From assembly GCF_006345805.1 (NCBI RefSeq), contig NW_021831880.1:1-52487 (forward strand): a stretch of 52,487 nucleotides of DNA, written 5' to 3'. Each line of letters opens with the position of its first letter. Position 1 is the stretch's first letter. Source of the DNA: Octopus sinensis. Its lineage: Eukaryota. Both the position numbers and the translations under genes were made by a program. The notes below the pieces were generated by a model. That model did not search any database. It saw only the letters and a program-made list of their open reading frames with translations, and had not been told where the DNA came from. Of this stretch, positions 26,401-39,878 are shown one piece after another.

Positions 26401-27614
26401 ATAATAATAATATTAGGGATAAATCTAAACTTACAGGGAAAAATTAGATTTAGGATTAAATCCAATTTTATAGTATAAATATATTATATTATATTAAATT
26501 AGAGATAAAACCACTATTAAGCAAATCAAACAGTGAAAAACATAAGCCAATACATAAAATTAATTTAAAAATATAAAAGTTAAAAATTAAAATATTATTT
26601 AAATAATTTAAACTTATAAATTTTAAATATATATATATATACAAATATATATATATGTATGTTTGTATATTTTTATATTAATATATTATTTTATTAATTA
26701 ATTAATTTATTTATTTATTTATTTATATATATATATATTTTTAAATAAATATCAAAAGTATTAAAAGTTTAATAAAAGATAAAGAGTAAAACACTACGAT
26801 CGTTTCATGGCTGTACCAGTTCGAATAACAATAATTTAAATTCAATTAATAATTTGAGTTATGGTTACAGTCAATCTTCAGGTTAATTGAAATATTTTAA
26901 AAATAATCAGAAATATTTAAGCAATATTTTAAAGATATAAATAATATAATAATTTTACTTATAATAAACTCTTTTATCAAACTAGAAACTTAAAACTTAA
27001 CATTTATGATTATATCAAAATCGATTATAATGTTAAATATTAATTTTAATTTAAATGTAAGAAACCCACCAATAATCTAATATCGGTAATAGTCTATATC
27101 TAATTACATAAATATTTTTTTTTAAATGACTATTATATATAAATTATCAATGAAATATATAAATGTATATAACTATTATGATTAAGATCTAAAATAATCT
27201 CTATAAATAAATATATATTCACATATAATAAAGACCTAATAAATAAATTTTTCATATTTAAGATGAAAATAGCAATTTCAAAAATACTACAAATAAACTT
27301 AAACGAACTTTCGGAAATCTTATTTAAAATACTCAATTCGTAGTAATATAGTATCGAATAAATACTATAAATACTATAATTATATTATCAACGGGAATAA
27401 CTAGCGAATATCAATTGAAAAAGACAATAACTAAGTTATGCTATTAAGTTAGACATGGCCTGGACCAATGTTTGGTCGAAACAATCTAAGTTTATCAAAG
27501 TTTATCTAATTTTAATTAAAAGAAATTTAAAACTACAATTAATACTATTAATACATGTATATACAAAAACCTAACTTTAGCTCATGTAACACAATCGTTA
27601 TAACGAGCTGCAAA

Positions 27615-28480
27615 GAACTATCGTCAAATAGAAAAGGAAGCATTAGCAATTATATTGGTGTGAAAAAATTCCACAGCTTTATTCATAGAAGAAGTTACTG
27701 TCTACAAACGGATCATCGCCCACTACTGTCAATATACGGTTCTAAAAAGGGAATACCAACACACACACACACACAACAAATAGGCTATAGTGATGGTGCA
27801 CTACATTATTGAATTATGACTACAAAATGGAATATTTACTGTCAAAAAAATAGGGCATGCAGATGGTTTGTCCAGACTGATACTGAAACACTGTGAGCCA
27901 TTCAAAGATATGGTAATTGCAGCTTTAAGAGAATAAGTCCTGGGGTCGATTCGCTCGACTAAAGGCAATGCTCCAGCATGGTTGCAGTCAAATGACTGAA
28001 ACAAGTAAAAGAGTGAACCCAAGAGAATGGGAAAACTAATAGAATGGTTATTCGATACTTTTCAAGTACCAACGCCACTACAGGTGATTGAACCCAGGTG
28101 CACAAGCGTAAAAAAAGAAAATGTATGGAGTTCCTGGAAGTGGATGCAAAGCAGAAATAAAATATTAAATGGTAACTAAGAGAGGAAAAAAATCTTTAAA
28201 ACAGGGATGTAGGGTGATATAAAAAGTATTGCTGTTAAAAGAAATATAATGACACACCCTAAGGAAAAAAAAGAAAAACTTTAAAGGCGAGAATTGTGGG
28301 GATAATAGCAATAATGGTCCACCCCTCCCACGTGACAAGTGGCATGTGCTAGTCATTTAAATAAAGGGACAGAAAGAGAGTACGCAGTATATGGTCATAG
28401 TCTTGGTCTTACTCGTCTTACTAACTATACTACTATACCAGAGTGGACATTATAATAATCTGACATTAAGGACCACAACA
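27615..28480 (+). mobile_element. Gypsy remnant: RNase H, pol C-terminal debris, PPT and 3' LTR (~28291-28480); inverted duplicate at ~31417-32285
   Basis: EKEALAII/GVKKFHSFIH..LQTDHRPLLSIYGSKKGIP...KIGHADGLSRL; purine tract then TTGTGG...CCACAACA. Confidence 0.78.
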
Positions 28481-28876
28481 GAAGAATATTTTGTCGAATT
28501 AAGCTACTGGTCTCTCCAGCTGAACCACTAAGTTGGAAGGATTTAAACCCACAACAGCGGTGTCAAGTAGTGGTGGGGGTACAAACATAAAGACACACAC
28601 ACACACTCACACACACATATATATATATATACACATACACACACTCACGCGCCTCCATATATACATAAATACATACATGCATACAAACGCATACTCATGT
28701 ATAAATAATGAATAATAAATAATAGATATATATACACATGCAGTTACCCTTTGTACAGACGGAAACATACATATAAGCATACACGTATATACCTATCTGC
28801 ACATATGCATATATACATACATACATGTACATACACATAACTCTACATGCTTACATATACTTAAACACACGAGCGT

Positions 28877-28919
<43 letters not shown>

Positions 28920-30059
28920 CACATATATATATATATACACATATACATATATATACATATATATATATATATAAACATATACATATACATATATATATAT
29001 ACATATACAGACATACATACATACACATACATACACACACATATACACATACATACATACATATACATACATACATACACATACACACACATACACATAC
29101 ATACACATACATATACATATATATTACATATATATCTATATATACATTACACACATATATATATACATATACACATACACACACACACATATACACATAT
29201 ATATATATCTGTGTATATATACATACATACATACACACATATAATACACACAAGCACAACATAGTTTGGTTGTTATCCTTTTCATAGGTCTGTGAGTACG
29301 AATTTTGTATACCAATATTGTTGGGAAAAAAAAGTCAAGATTAAATGCAAGGTATACATAATTGAGTTTTGAAATGACTGAAATAACAAGTAATTAAAAA
29401 TACGATATTTCATGTGAAACAACCTAATATATATATATATAATATATATTTGTAAAAAATGAAGTTTGAAAATGCTGCTATATTAGACAAATTTTAATTT
29501 TTATATATACATTATTTATTTAACATGTTTCGGTTCTTGAAATGACGAACCTTATCAAAAAAAATTTATAGATAAAAAAGATAGTTCATGCTATCAAATA
29601 TAAAAAATTCATATATAATATTCAATAGAGTCAGACATAAAAAATTCATATATAGTAAAGCGAGTCCATGCTATATGTTTAAAGAGTATGATGTAGTAGT
29701 TCATAGTGGTGATATGCATTCAATATAAAAAAATTCATGTTCTTGAAAAAGCGAGAAATTCATTTTAGATTTTACCTTGTGTTCCAATGGGAGCAACTGT
29801 AATGACTTTTGGTTGGTGTCTGTTGTATAGTTTTCGTGAATCTTGTGAATTGTTGGGTTTTATATCAGTTCAGCTTAGCTGTCTCACTTGCATTTTTCAC
29901 TGACGTCATATAGTTCCCAACCAATCAAAACTCAGTCTCAAAGAAAAAAAAATTTTTGTTAGGAAACCAACCAAGCAGAACGACAGTTTGACCACAGAAG
30001 AAATATATCATGCTGTTTTTTGACGGATTGAAATTAGATCTGATCTATGACTGTATCCT

Positions 30060-30332
30060 GTTAGGTGGCTAGTCCAGCGGAACAAGACGTCATCAATGTT
30101 TTGACCAATCATCTCGTTAGGTGGCTAGTCCAGCAGAACGGGACGTCATCAATGTTTTGACCAATCATCCCGTTAGGTGGCTAGTCCAGCAGAAAGAGAT
30201 GTCATCAATGTTTTGACCAATCAGAATCGGGTCTGACCTATAGCTGTATTAGATCTGACCCATGACTGTATCTTGTTAGGTGGTTAGTCCAGCGGAACGA
30301 GACGTCATCAATGTTTTGACCAATCATCCCGT
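30060..30332 (+). repeat. 56-bp tandem repeat (3 units + 1 displaced), each with GACGTCA and CCAATCA; inverted 3-unit copy at 39986-40157
   Basis: GTTAGGTGGCTAGTCCAGC.GAAC.AGACGTCATCAATGTTTTGACCAATCA at 30060, 30116, 30172 and ~30275. Confidence 0.9.
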
Positions 30333-30977
30333 CATATATATATATATATCGTTTCGCTCTTGGCCACAGTTTTTACAGAAAACCATGTAGTTTCTGTTAA
30401 GCTGACTAGTGCTATGCTTCTACATATTTACGGAAACCATACACTTGTTATTTCAGTCATTTCAAAACTCAATTATGTATACCTTGCATTATCTTGACTT
30501 TTTCTTTCCCAACAATATTGGTATACAAAATTCGTACTCACAGACCTTATGAAAAGGATAACAACCAAACTATGTTGTGCTTGTGTGTATATATATGTGT
30601 GTATGTATGTATGTATATATACACACACATATATATATGTGTATATGTGTGTGTGTGTGTGTATGTGTATATGTATATATATATATGTGTGTGTAATGTA
30701 TATATAGATATATATATGTATATATATATATGTGTGTGTAATGTATATATAGATATATATATGTATAATATATATATGTATATGTATGTGTATGTACGTG
30801 TATATGTGTGTATGTGTATGTATGTATATGTATGTATGTATGTGTATATGTGTGTGTATGTATTGTATGTATGTTATGTATGTATGTCTGTATATGTATA
30901 TATATATGTATATGTATATTGTGTATATATATATATATGTAATATATATGTATATGTGTTATATATATATGTGTGTA

Positions 30978-31013
<36 letters not shown>

Positions 31014-33497
31014 ACGCTCGTGTGTTTAAGTATATGTAAGTAGTAGAGTTTATGTGTATGTACATGTATGTATGTATATATGCATATGGGCAGATAGGTA
31101 TATACGTGTATGCTTATATGTATGTTTCCGTCTGTACAAAGGGTAACTGCATGTGTATATATATCTATTATTTATTATTCATTATTTATTACATGAGTAT
31201 GCGTTTGTATGCATGTATGTATTTATGTATATAAGGAGGCGCGTGAGTGTGTGTATGTGTATATATATATATATATGTGTGTGTGAGTGTGTGTGTGTGT
31301 CTTTATGTTTGTACCCCCACCACTACTACTTGACAACCGCTGTTGTGGTGTTTAAATCCTTCCAACTTAGTGGTTCAGCTGGAGAGACCAGTAGCTTAAT
31401 TCGACAAAATATCTTCTGTTGTGGTCCTTAATGTCAGATTATTATAATGTCCACTCTGGTATAGTAGTATAGTTAGTAAGACGAGTAAGACCAAGACATG
31501 ACCATATACTGCGTACTCTCTTTCTGTCCCTTTATTTATAATGACTATCACATGCCACTCGTCACGTGGGAGGGGTGGACCATTATTGCTATTATCCCCA
31601 CAATATCTCGCCTTTAAAGTTTTTCTTTTTTTTTTCCTAGGGTGTGTCATTATATTTCTTTTAACAGCAATACTTTTTATATCACCCTACAATCCTGTTT
31701 TAAGATTTTTTTTTCCTCTCTTAGTTACACATTTAAATATTTTATTTCTGCTTTGCATCCACTTCCAGGAACTCCATACATTTTCTTTTCTTACGCTTGT
31801 GCACCTGGGTTCAATCACCTGTAGTGGCGTTGGTACTTGAAAAGTATCGAATAACCATTCTATTAGTTTTCCCATTCTCTTGGGTTCACTCTTTTACTTG
31901 TTTCAGTCATTTGACTGCAACCATGCTGGAGCATTGCCTTTAGTCGAGCGAATCGACCCCAGGACTTATTCTCTTAAAGCTGCAATTACCATATCTTTGA
32001 ATGGCTCACAGTGTTTCAGTATCAGTCTGGACAAACCATCTGCATGCCCTATTTTTTTGACAGTAAATATTCCATTTTTAGTCATAATTCAATAATGTAG
32101 TGCACCATCACTATAGCCTATTTGTTTTGTGTGTGTGTGGTGTTGGTATTCCCTTTTTAGACCGTATATGGACAGTAGTGGGCGATGATCCGTTTGTAGA
32201 CAGTAACTTCTTCTATGAATAAAGCTGTGGAATTTTTTCACACCAAATATAATTGCTAATGCTTCCTTTTCTATTTGACGATAGTTCTTTGCAGCTCGTT
32301 ATAACGATTGTGTTACATGAGCTAAAGTTAGGTTTTTGTATATACATGTATTAATAGTATTAATTGTAGTTTTAAATTTCTTTTAATTAAAATTAGATAA
32401 ACTTTGATAAACTTAGATATGTTTCGACCAAACATTGGTCCAGGCCATGTCTAACTTAATAGCATAACTTAGTTATTGTCTTTTTCAATTGATATTCGCT
32501 AGTTATTCCCGTTGATAAATATAATTATAGTATTTATAGTATTTATTCGATACTATATTACTACGAATTGAGTATTTTAAATAAGATTTCCGAAAGTTCG
32601 TTTAAGTTTATTTGTTAGTATTTTTGAAATTTGCTATTTCATCTTTAAATATGAAAAATTTATTTATTAGGTCTTTATTATATGTGAATATATATTTATT
32701 TATAGAGATTATTTTAGATCTTAATCATAATAGTTATATACATTTATATATTTTCATTGATAATTTATATATAATAGTCATTTAAAAAAAAATATTTATG
32801 TAATTAGATATAGACTATTACCGATATTAGATTATTGGTGGGTTTCTTACATTATAAATTAAAATTAATATTTAACATTATAATCGATTTTGATATAATC
32901 ATAAATGTTAAGTTTTAAGTTTCTAGTTTGATAAAAGAGTTTATTATAAGTAAAATTATTATATTATTTATATCTTTAAAATATTGCTTAAATATTTCTG
33001 ATTATTTTTAAAATATTTCAATTAACCTGAAGATTGACTGTAACCATAACTCAAATTATTAATTGAATTTAAATTATTGTTATTCGAACTGGTACAGCCA
33101 TGAAACGATCGTAGTGTTTTACTCTTTATCTTTTATTAAACATTTAATACTTTTGATATTTATTTAAAAATATATATATATATAAATAAATAAATAAATT
33201 AAATAATTAATAAAATAATATATTAATATAAAAATATACATACATACATATATATATATTTGTATATATATATATATTTAAAATTTATAAGTTTAAATTA
33301 TTTAAATAATATTTTAATTTTTAACTTTTATATTTTTAAATTAATTTTATGTATTGGCTTATGTTTTTCACTGTTTGATTTGCTTAATAGTGGTTTTATC
33401 TCTAATTTAATATAATATAATATATTTATACTATAAAATGGATTTAATCCTAAATCTAATTTTTCCCTGTAAGTTTAGATTTATTCCCTAATATTTT

Positions 33498-33545
<48 letters not shown>

Positions 33546-36372
33546 ATATATAACATACACATATATATATATAATATATATATACATATACATATATACA
33601 TATACATATATATACATATACACATATAAATATACATATATAATATACATATACACATATACAATATATATAATCTTACACTATTATATATACATATACA
33701 TATAATACCTGATATATATATATATACAATGGGCTTCTTTTAGTTTCCATAAACGAAATCCACTCAAAAGGTTTTGGTTGGCTTTGAGACTATTGTAAAA
33801 GACATTGCTCAAGTTGCTGGATTCGAACTGGGCCCTGAACTATGCGGTTGGGAAGCAAGCTCTTTATCACACACCCACACTGCACCTATATATATATTTA
33901 CATCATTTATCCATTTATCGATTGTCTCATTTGTGAACATCTGTTCACATTTTTTCAAATGGCTTCGTTGCTAAGCTGTAGAAGGTTTATACTGTATTTT
34001 AGATATCTCTCAAGTACTCAGCAATGATTTCCTTGATTTATATATAATATATATGTAGAGGCGCAATGGCCTAGTTGTTAGGGCAGCGGACTCGCGGTAG
34101 CAGGATCGCGGTTTCAATTCCCAGACCAGGCGTTGTGTGTTTATTGAGCGAAAACACCTAAAAGCTCCACGAGTCTCCGGCAGGGGGTGGTGATCCCTAC
34201 TGTACTCTTTCACCACACTTTCTCCCACTCTTTCTTTTGTTGGCCTGCTCGCTTAGCCAGCAGGGTGGCGTCATTCGAAGGCTAAAACCAGCGATGTGTA
34301 ACAACATTTGATGGTCAGGTCGGTCACGTGATCACGTGATATAAATATAATATATGCAGGGCCAGTTGAAGGTTCCGGCAACTCGGGCAGTCACCCAGGC
34401 ACCATGTGTTAGAGGGTGCCAAGCAGAGCATGACAAATACAAAGAAATTCCATGACTGTCAGCTTGTACATGCTGATGTTCAGCTCGCCTGGGGTGCCTA
34501 GAGCTGGCCCTGCATGTATGTATATCATCATTATCATCATCATCGTTTAGCATCCGCTTTCCATGCTGGCATGGGTTGGACGGTTCAACTGGGGTCTGGG
34601 AAGCCAGAAGGCTGCACCAGGCCCAGTCTGATCTGGCAATGTTTCTACGGCTGGATGCCCTTCCTAACGCCAACCACTGCATGAGTGTAGTGGGTGCTTT
34701 TTACATGCCACCGGCACAGGTGCCAGACGAGGCTGATGGTTATGTATATACATGTGTATGTGTGTATATCACCATTATCATCATTTTAACATCCTCTTTT
34801 TAATGAATTAGTGTTTATTGAGAAATCTTTTCTACGGCCAGATGCAGTTCTTGTCATCAACCCTCACCTGTTTCCAAGCATACTATTTTCAGATGGCCAG
34901 ACATGTTCTTGCAGATTGCTGAAAATGAATGACACTGCTTAGATGTCAGCAACACTCATTTACAACTAACTTGCTATGTTGAGAAAGGAATACACACACA
35001 CACACACACATGTTGGGTTGTCCGGAAAGTTCGTGCCGATTTTTAAAGGAAAGAAAAAGGTCAATAAATACTTGCCATTACATTTTTAATCAACCAAATA
35101 TGAACCATTTTGTTGCACAATGCATCTCCATCTTTCTTTAACTTGAAAATACCCTCTCCCAGAACTGAGGTTTTCATGGCAAAGAATTCATCAAGCTATC
35201 TTTTTACATCATCCAAGGAATTGAAATGTTTACCAATAAGACTTTTCTGCAGAGACCTGAATAAATGGAAATGAAGGAGCAATATCTGGTGAATATGGAG
35301 GTGGGTAACACATCCCAGCTGAGCTGCAGCAATTTTTGTCTGGTTCCCGAAGTATCAAGTGCCATAAATGAATTTTCTTATCTTCCATTTTAAAGGGTTA
35401 CAGAATAAACACAGGTTATAGGAACATAAAACTTCTTCCACGAAAAACAGCTCTAAATGGAGGTGTAGTCAAATCCTCTTTTATGGACTCAATCATGTTC
35501 TAAAATAAGTCAAAAGGTAGGCTACTATAAATCGGCACGAACTTTCCGGACAACCCATAGTTTATATAGAAGAGATTATAATTCAAGTTGTTACATTGTG
35601 AAGTACATTTGTGTATTTCTCTCTCTTTCCCACAGAATACTGTCTGTCTGTCACTCTGTCTGTTTTCTTCTCTCTCTCTCTCTCTCTATTCAAACAACAC
35701 AGTACGCCAAGCGGAACCGTGTCTTGTCTGGGTATTTCTTTGAACAAAAGACAACCCAACAGTGACCTCTTGCCTCTGCTACAAGTGACACTGACATATC
35801 CTGCACTGTTCAAGTTTGCAACAGAAACCTGGGGGGGGGAACAAGCCAGAAAAGAGTCTCCTCTACCCACAGCTACCACTGCCCCCCACCCCAGAGTCAA
35901 TACCTGTGAAGGCATGTAGCTTGGTGGTTAGGGGTATTCGGATCATGATTATAAGATCCTAAGTTCAATTCCGGGGCACATCATATCCTTGAGCAAGACA
36001 CTTTATTCCACTTTATACCACTCAGCTGCTAAAAATGATTGTAGCTGTTTTAATGCGTGTATGTGAATATACGTGAATGTATGTAGATGTATGCGTGTAT
36101 GAATATAACACGTACGTGTGTGTGCGTGTGAGTGCGTGGGCGTGAATGAGTGCCTGCGTTCTTCGTATAAGTAAGTAGACAGATAAACGGAATCTTTAGA
36201 TCGTCCCTGAGACGATTGACCGGTCAAGATAAAAATAAAAATAAAGATATAAACAAAAAGCAGTAAGAATAAAATTAAAATAAGAGAATAAAAATGTGTG
36301 TGTATGTGTGTGCATGTATATGCATTTTTATATATTGTGCGAGTGGGTATACATATATGTATGTATATGTAT

Positions 36373-36971
36373 GTGAAACGAACTTAGTGTGAAGTGTGTC
36401 CTCGTGCCTTTTGGGTGCACAAAGCAATCACTCACTAGCCGTTTGTTAATAATCCAGAATCTCTGCCCGTCAGAAACAACAAGACGCAGACGTAAAATAT
36501 ACATATAACTACTTTATTCTCTTTCTTGGTAAACAATAACAATAAGTGTGTTATCTCATGTCCTTGATTCTGGGCGCGCAAGGCTGAAAGTTAATAGATT
36601 GTAATATTTACAATATTCAGCCCAAAAACAGAAACGGATTCAAGATGGCGTCGAACAATGGAGACGATTTGGTCTGCAACATTTTGGTTAAAAGTCTTCG
36701 GCCAAAGGACTGCTAGAATCAGTTCGAACGGAGAGAAAATATGCCTGACCGCCGCCTTCAATCGCTGGGTCCCAAGTCCCCGATGACTGCTGCTAGTGGT
36801 CAAACGTCTACGACCCCCTTGCCTCGCTAACTACCACAATAGGCAAGCGGGTCGTGCTTCCGGTGGTTCGCGCATGCGCGAGAGGGCCCTTCCTTTCTCT
36901 GCTTTGGTAAAGGCACCAACACGCGCGAAATACAAATGGACGGCGCGCGCGCGCACCGCTATAGTATCACT
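36373..36971. promoter_or_regulatory. CpG-rich promoter-like block, copy 1 (direct repeat of 38506-39109)
   Basis: CAAGATGGCG (YY1), CTTCCGG (ETS), CGCGCATGCGCG (NRF1), GCGCGAAA (E2F) in a CpG-poor background. Confidence 0.55.
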
Positions 36972-38505
36972 TCAAGGCTCCCCTCCAGTGCGTACGCACG
37001 AAAGGAAACTTATTGTAGTGACTGCAAAACTCAAGGTGGACACCAGATAACCAAATAGCACACAATAATATAATGGCAAAAATTTATAACATACACAAGA
37101 AATTTACTAAAGGAAAAAGAGAAAAAATACTCAATGAGCAAAAATCAAGAGTGCATGCATGAAAGTGTATACGTCACAAAGTATAGAGCCTTCCGCTGTA
37201 GGAAGCGGAAGAAAAGGCAGAACTCACAGTTAATGAACCTAGGCGAAATTAAATCCAACTTCTCTAAAGGTGGTTGATCCTGCGAAATAGCAGTTAAATC
37301 AATTGCTGCAGGAGAGGAAATGGAATTGACAGAAGCTCGCTAGTAACACAAAAGGCAAAAGTGCAAACATGCTGGTGTGATGCGCGACACAGATAATTTT
37401 CTGTTAATTACGTGACCAACAGTGGTCTACAGGGAAAAATAATACGCCCATCATAGCGCGCAGCGCATGTGAACATCCGACATTCTATGAGTCGGGAAAA
37501 GAATTAGCTAACTAACGCACGTGTTGCAAAAACAAGGCAAGTACACGTGCGAAGCAAAAACGCATGAAATGCAATGGTGCTTGCCAGACCGAAAAACAGC
37601 AATGAATATGCCAGTGGTTAAGCGATTATATGCTTCGTCGTATAGGAACAATATGACATGCTGGCGCGTCATAGTGGACAAACAACCTCTCTATGTATAC
37701 GTGACCGATCTAGGGTCTATAGAAATGAGGGGTGTCCACAAAAGGCAAATTTAGCATGGAACAAACAAGCGAGAAAAGCATGTGTGACGTATGTATGTGA
37801 GAGAGAGCATTTATGTGGGTGTACGTGTGGCGACAGAAATACATACAAGGTGAATGCGAGCAAAATATAAAAACAGCGCATAGGAAAAATGTCTCTCGGG
37901 CTATTCCAGACAAGAGTTAATTTACCAGTCTGTAATAGCCTGATGTACAATAGCAGTTCGTTCTGTAACAGAATGTTGAGATCACAAATGCAGATGCCGA
38001 TTGAACACATATCGTGTAGCGGTTGTGGCTTCAATGCTGTGACAGGTTAACTGGAACAGAAGAAATCTCGTAGATAGTGCTGTGAATCCTTGGTGTGCAT
38101 ATGCACAAACGGCAAGTGGACCAAACTTCCGCGAGTTGCTATGTACATCTTGGTGGAGGTCGACGGTGTTGAAAGGCGACGTGGTGGTGGCGACTGTAGT
38201 GGACTTGGGACAACATCGTTCTTAGTGATGATGGCGACGAAGATAGCGACGACGTGAAGTAGAAAGACGACGATGACGATGACGAAGGTGGAGAAAAGGC
38301 ATCGAATATATGATGGCGTCCGTCATCATGGCTGTAGAAGAAGAAAGAGGCTCCTTCTACAACTGTTTGTAGTGGCCGGAAACAAATCGTCGAAAGATGA
38401 TGCGTAGAGTTAAATCGTGTTCCGACTTCGCAGAAAAACTGGATTTTTTTTTTTTTGTTGATAAGTGATCTCTGGTTTTAGACCAGAATCACGTCGGGGT
38501 CACTA

Positions 38506-39109
38506 GTGAAACGAACTTAGTGTGAAGTGTGTCCTCGTGCACTTTTGGGGTGCACAAAGCAATCACTCACTAGCCGTTGCTTTAATAATCCAGAATCTCT
38601 GCTCGTCAGAAACAACAAGATGCAGACGTAAAATATACATATAACTACTTTATTCTCTTTCTTGGTAAACAATAACAATAAGTGTGTTATCTCATGTCCT
38701 TGATTCTGGGCGCGCAAGGCTGAAAGTTAATAGATTGTAATATTTACAATATTCAGCCCAAAAACAGAAACGGATTCAAGATGGCGTCGAACAATGGAGA
38801 CGATGTTGGTCTGCAACAATTTTGGTTAAAAGTCTTCGGCCAAGGACTGCTAGAATCAGTTCGAACGGAGAGAAAATATGCCTGACCGCCGCCTTCAATC
38901 GCTGGGTCCCAAGTCCCCGATGACTGCTGCTAGTGGTCAAACATTCTACGACCCCCTTGCCTCGCTAACTACCACAATAGGCAAGCGGGTCGTGCTTCCG
39001 GTGGTTCGCGCATGCGCGAGAGGGCCCTTCCTTTCTCTGCCTTGGTGAAGGCACCAACACGCGCGAAATACAAATGGACGGCGCGCGCGCGCACCGTTAT
39101 AATATCACT
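38506..39109. promoter_or_regulatory. CpG-rich promoter-like block, copy 2
   Basis: YY1 38777-38786, ETS 38995-39001, NRF1 39007-39018, E2F 39061-39068. Confidence 0.55.
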
Positions 39110-39535
39110 ACATATGTATATGTGTATCTGTGTGTACGTACATGGGTATGTGTATGTATGTATGTATATGTATGTATATATATATGTATATGTATGTGTA
39201 TGTATGTATATAATGTATGTATATGTGGGTATGTATGTATATGTATAGATATATGTGAATATGCGGGTCTATATATGTGTATATATATATGTAGATGTAC
39301 AAGTGAGAGTCTCCCTACTTACCTAAAACCCTATTTTTCTATTTATATTTTCTTATCTTTTTATTTTATTTTTTTATTCTTTTATTTATTCTATTATCTA
39401 CTTTACCAACGATTCCTTTGACCACTCCCCTTATAATGACAGTTTTGCGCCATGCCTACCCCCAAAAAAAGTCCCCCACCACCACCCATTTAAACCTGCC
39501 TAAATGTATAAATGCCAAAACAACTCTTGTCTACT

Positions 39536-39586
39536 AGCTTCCTGATGATTTCTTTTGAATGAAACAGTTCTAGTCCTGTAGAAGCT
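39536..39586 (+). ncRNA. Type I hammerhead ribozyme motif
   Basis: Stem I AGCTTC/GAAGCT; CTGATGA; stem II TTC-TTTT-GAA with a U-U at its base; GAAA; stem III ACAG/CTGT with 8-nt loop; GUA cleavage triplet ending at 39580. Confidence 0.75.
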
Positions 39587-39697
39587 CCTTCTATAAAATA
39601 AATAAATAAAAAATATATATATATATAGATAGATAGATAGATAGACAGATAGATAGATATATAGATAGATATAGATATAGATATATACATACATGCT

Positions 39698-39862
39698 ATA
39701 GCTGTTACCCTCCGGGGATGGTGCGGTTGGGTCGTAGTAGAAAGCGTTCCACTTCATATTCCCAATCGCGTCCATTACTTTTTCCAGCAGCATGTGAATG
39801 TACAGTTCGTTGGATGGCGTGGAGATGTTTTTGGTGGAATATCCGAGGTCAAATCCCTCCAT
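39698..39862 (-). pseudogene. N-terminus of a Penelope-like retroelement ORF, truncated at a (TAGA)/(TA) tract
   Basis: MEGFDLGYSTKNISTPSNELYIHMLLEKVMDAIGNMKWNAFYY resembles the YSxKNIPxP...Y...LIEK....I.RMRWKAxF N-terminal motif I recall from invertebrate PLE ORFs. Confidence 0.55.
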
Positions 39863-39878
39863 ATTTATGAGAGACCCG

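Larger units (their letters stand above)
23606..36049. repeat. Large inverted duplication: arms ~23606-29392 and ~30443-36049, spacer ~1.05 kb
   Basis: Colinear reverse-complement match of SINEs, mariner, AT-rich block, Gypsy remnant and intervening sequence. Confidence 0.93.

Noticed and set aside
27449-27490. Additional hammerhead (GACCA-ATGTT-TGGTC-GAAAC)
   Set aside because: Stem II and GAAA are present but there is no CUGAnGA core
26400-27560. Mitochondrial insertion (NUMT) suggested by extreme AT content
   Set aside because: No recognisable mitochondrial gene, rRNA or tRNA
30060-30332. CRISPR-like appearance of the 56-bp array
   Set aside because: Units are contiguous with no unique spacers; eukaryotic context with no cas genes
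25734-31431. Many YI/CV/HT-rich ORFs (also at 289-634, 2613-2948, 22119-22737, 39074-39421 and others)
   Set aside because: Translations of (TA)n/(TG)n/(CA)n microsatellites and SINE bodies, not genes
38160-38315. Acidic DDGDEDSDD protein on the + strand
   Set aside because: Interrupted by stops; better explained as the antisense of a hydrophobic minus-strand stretch
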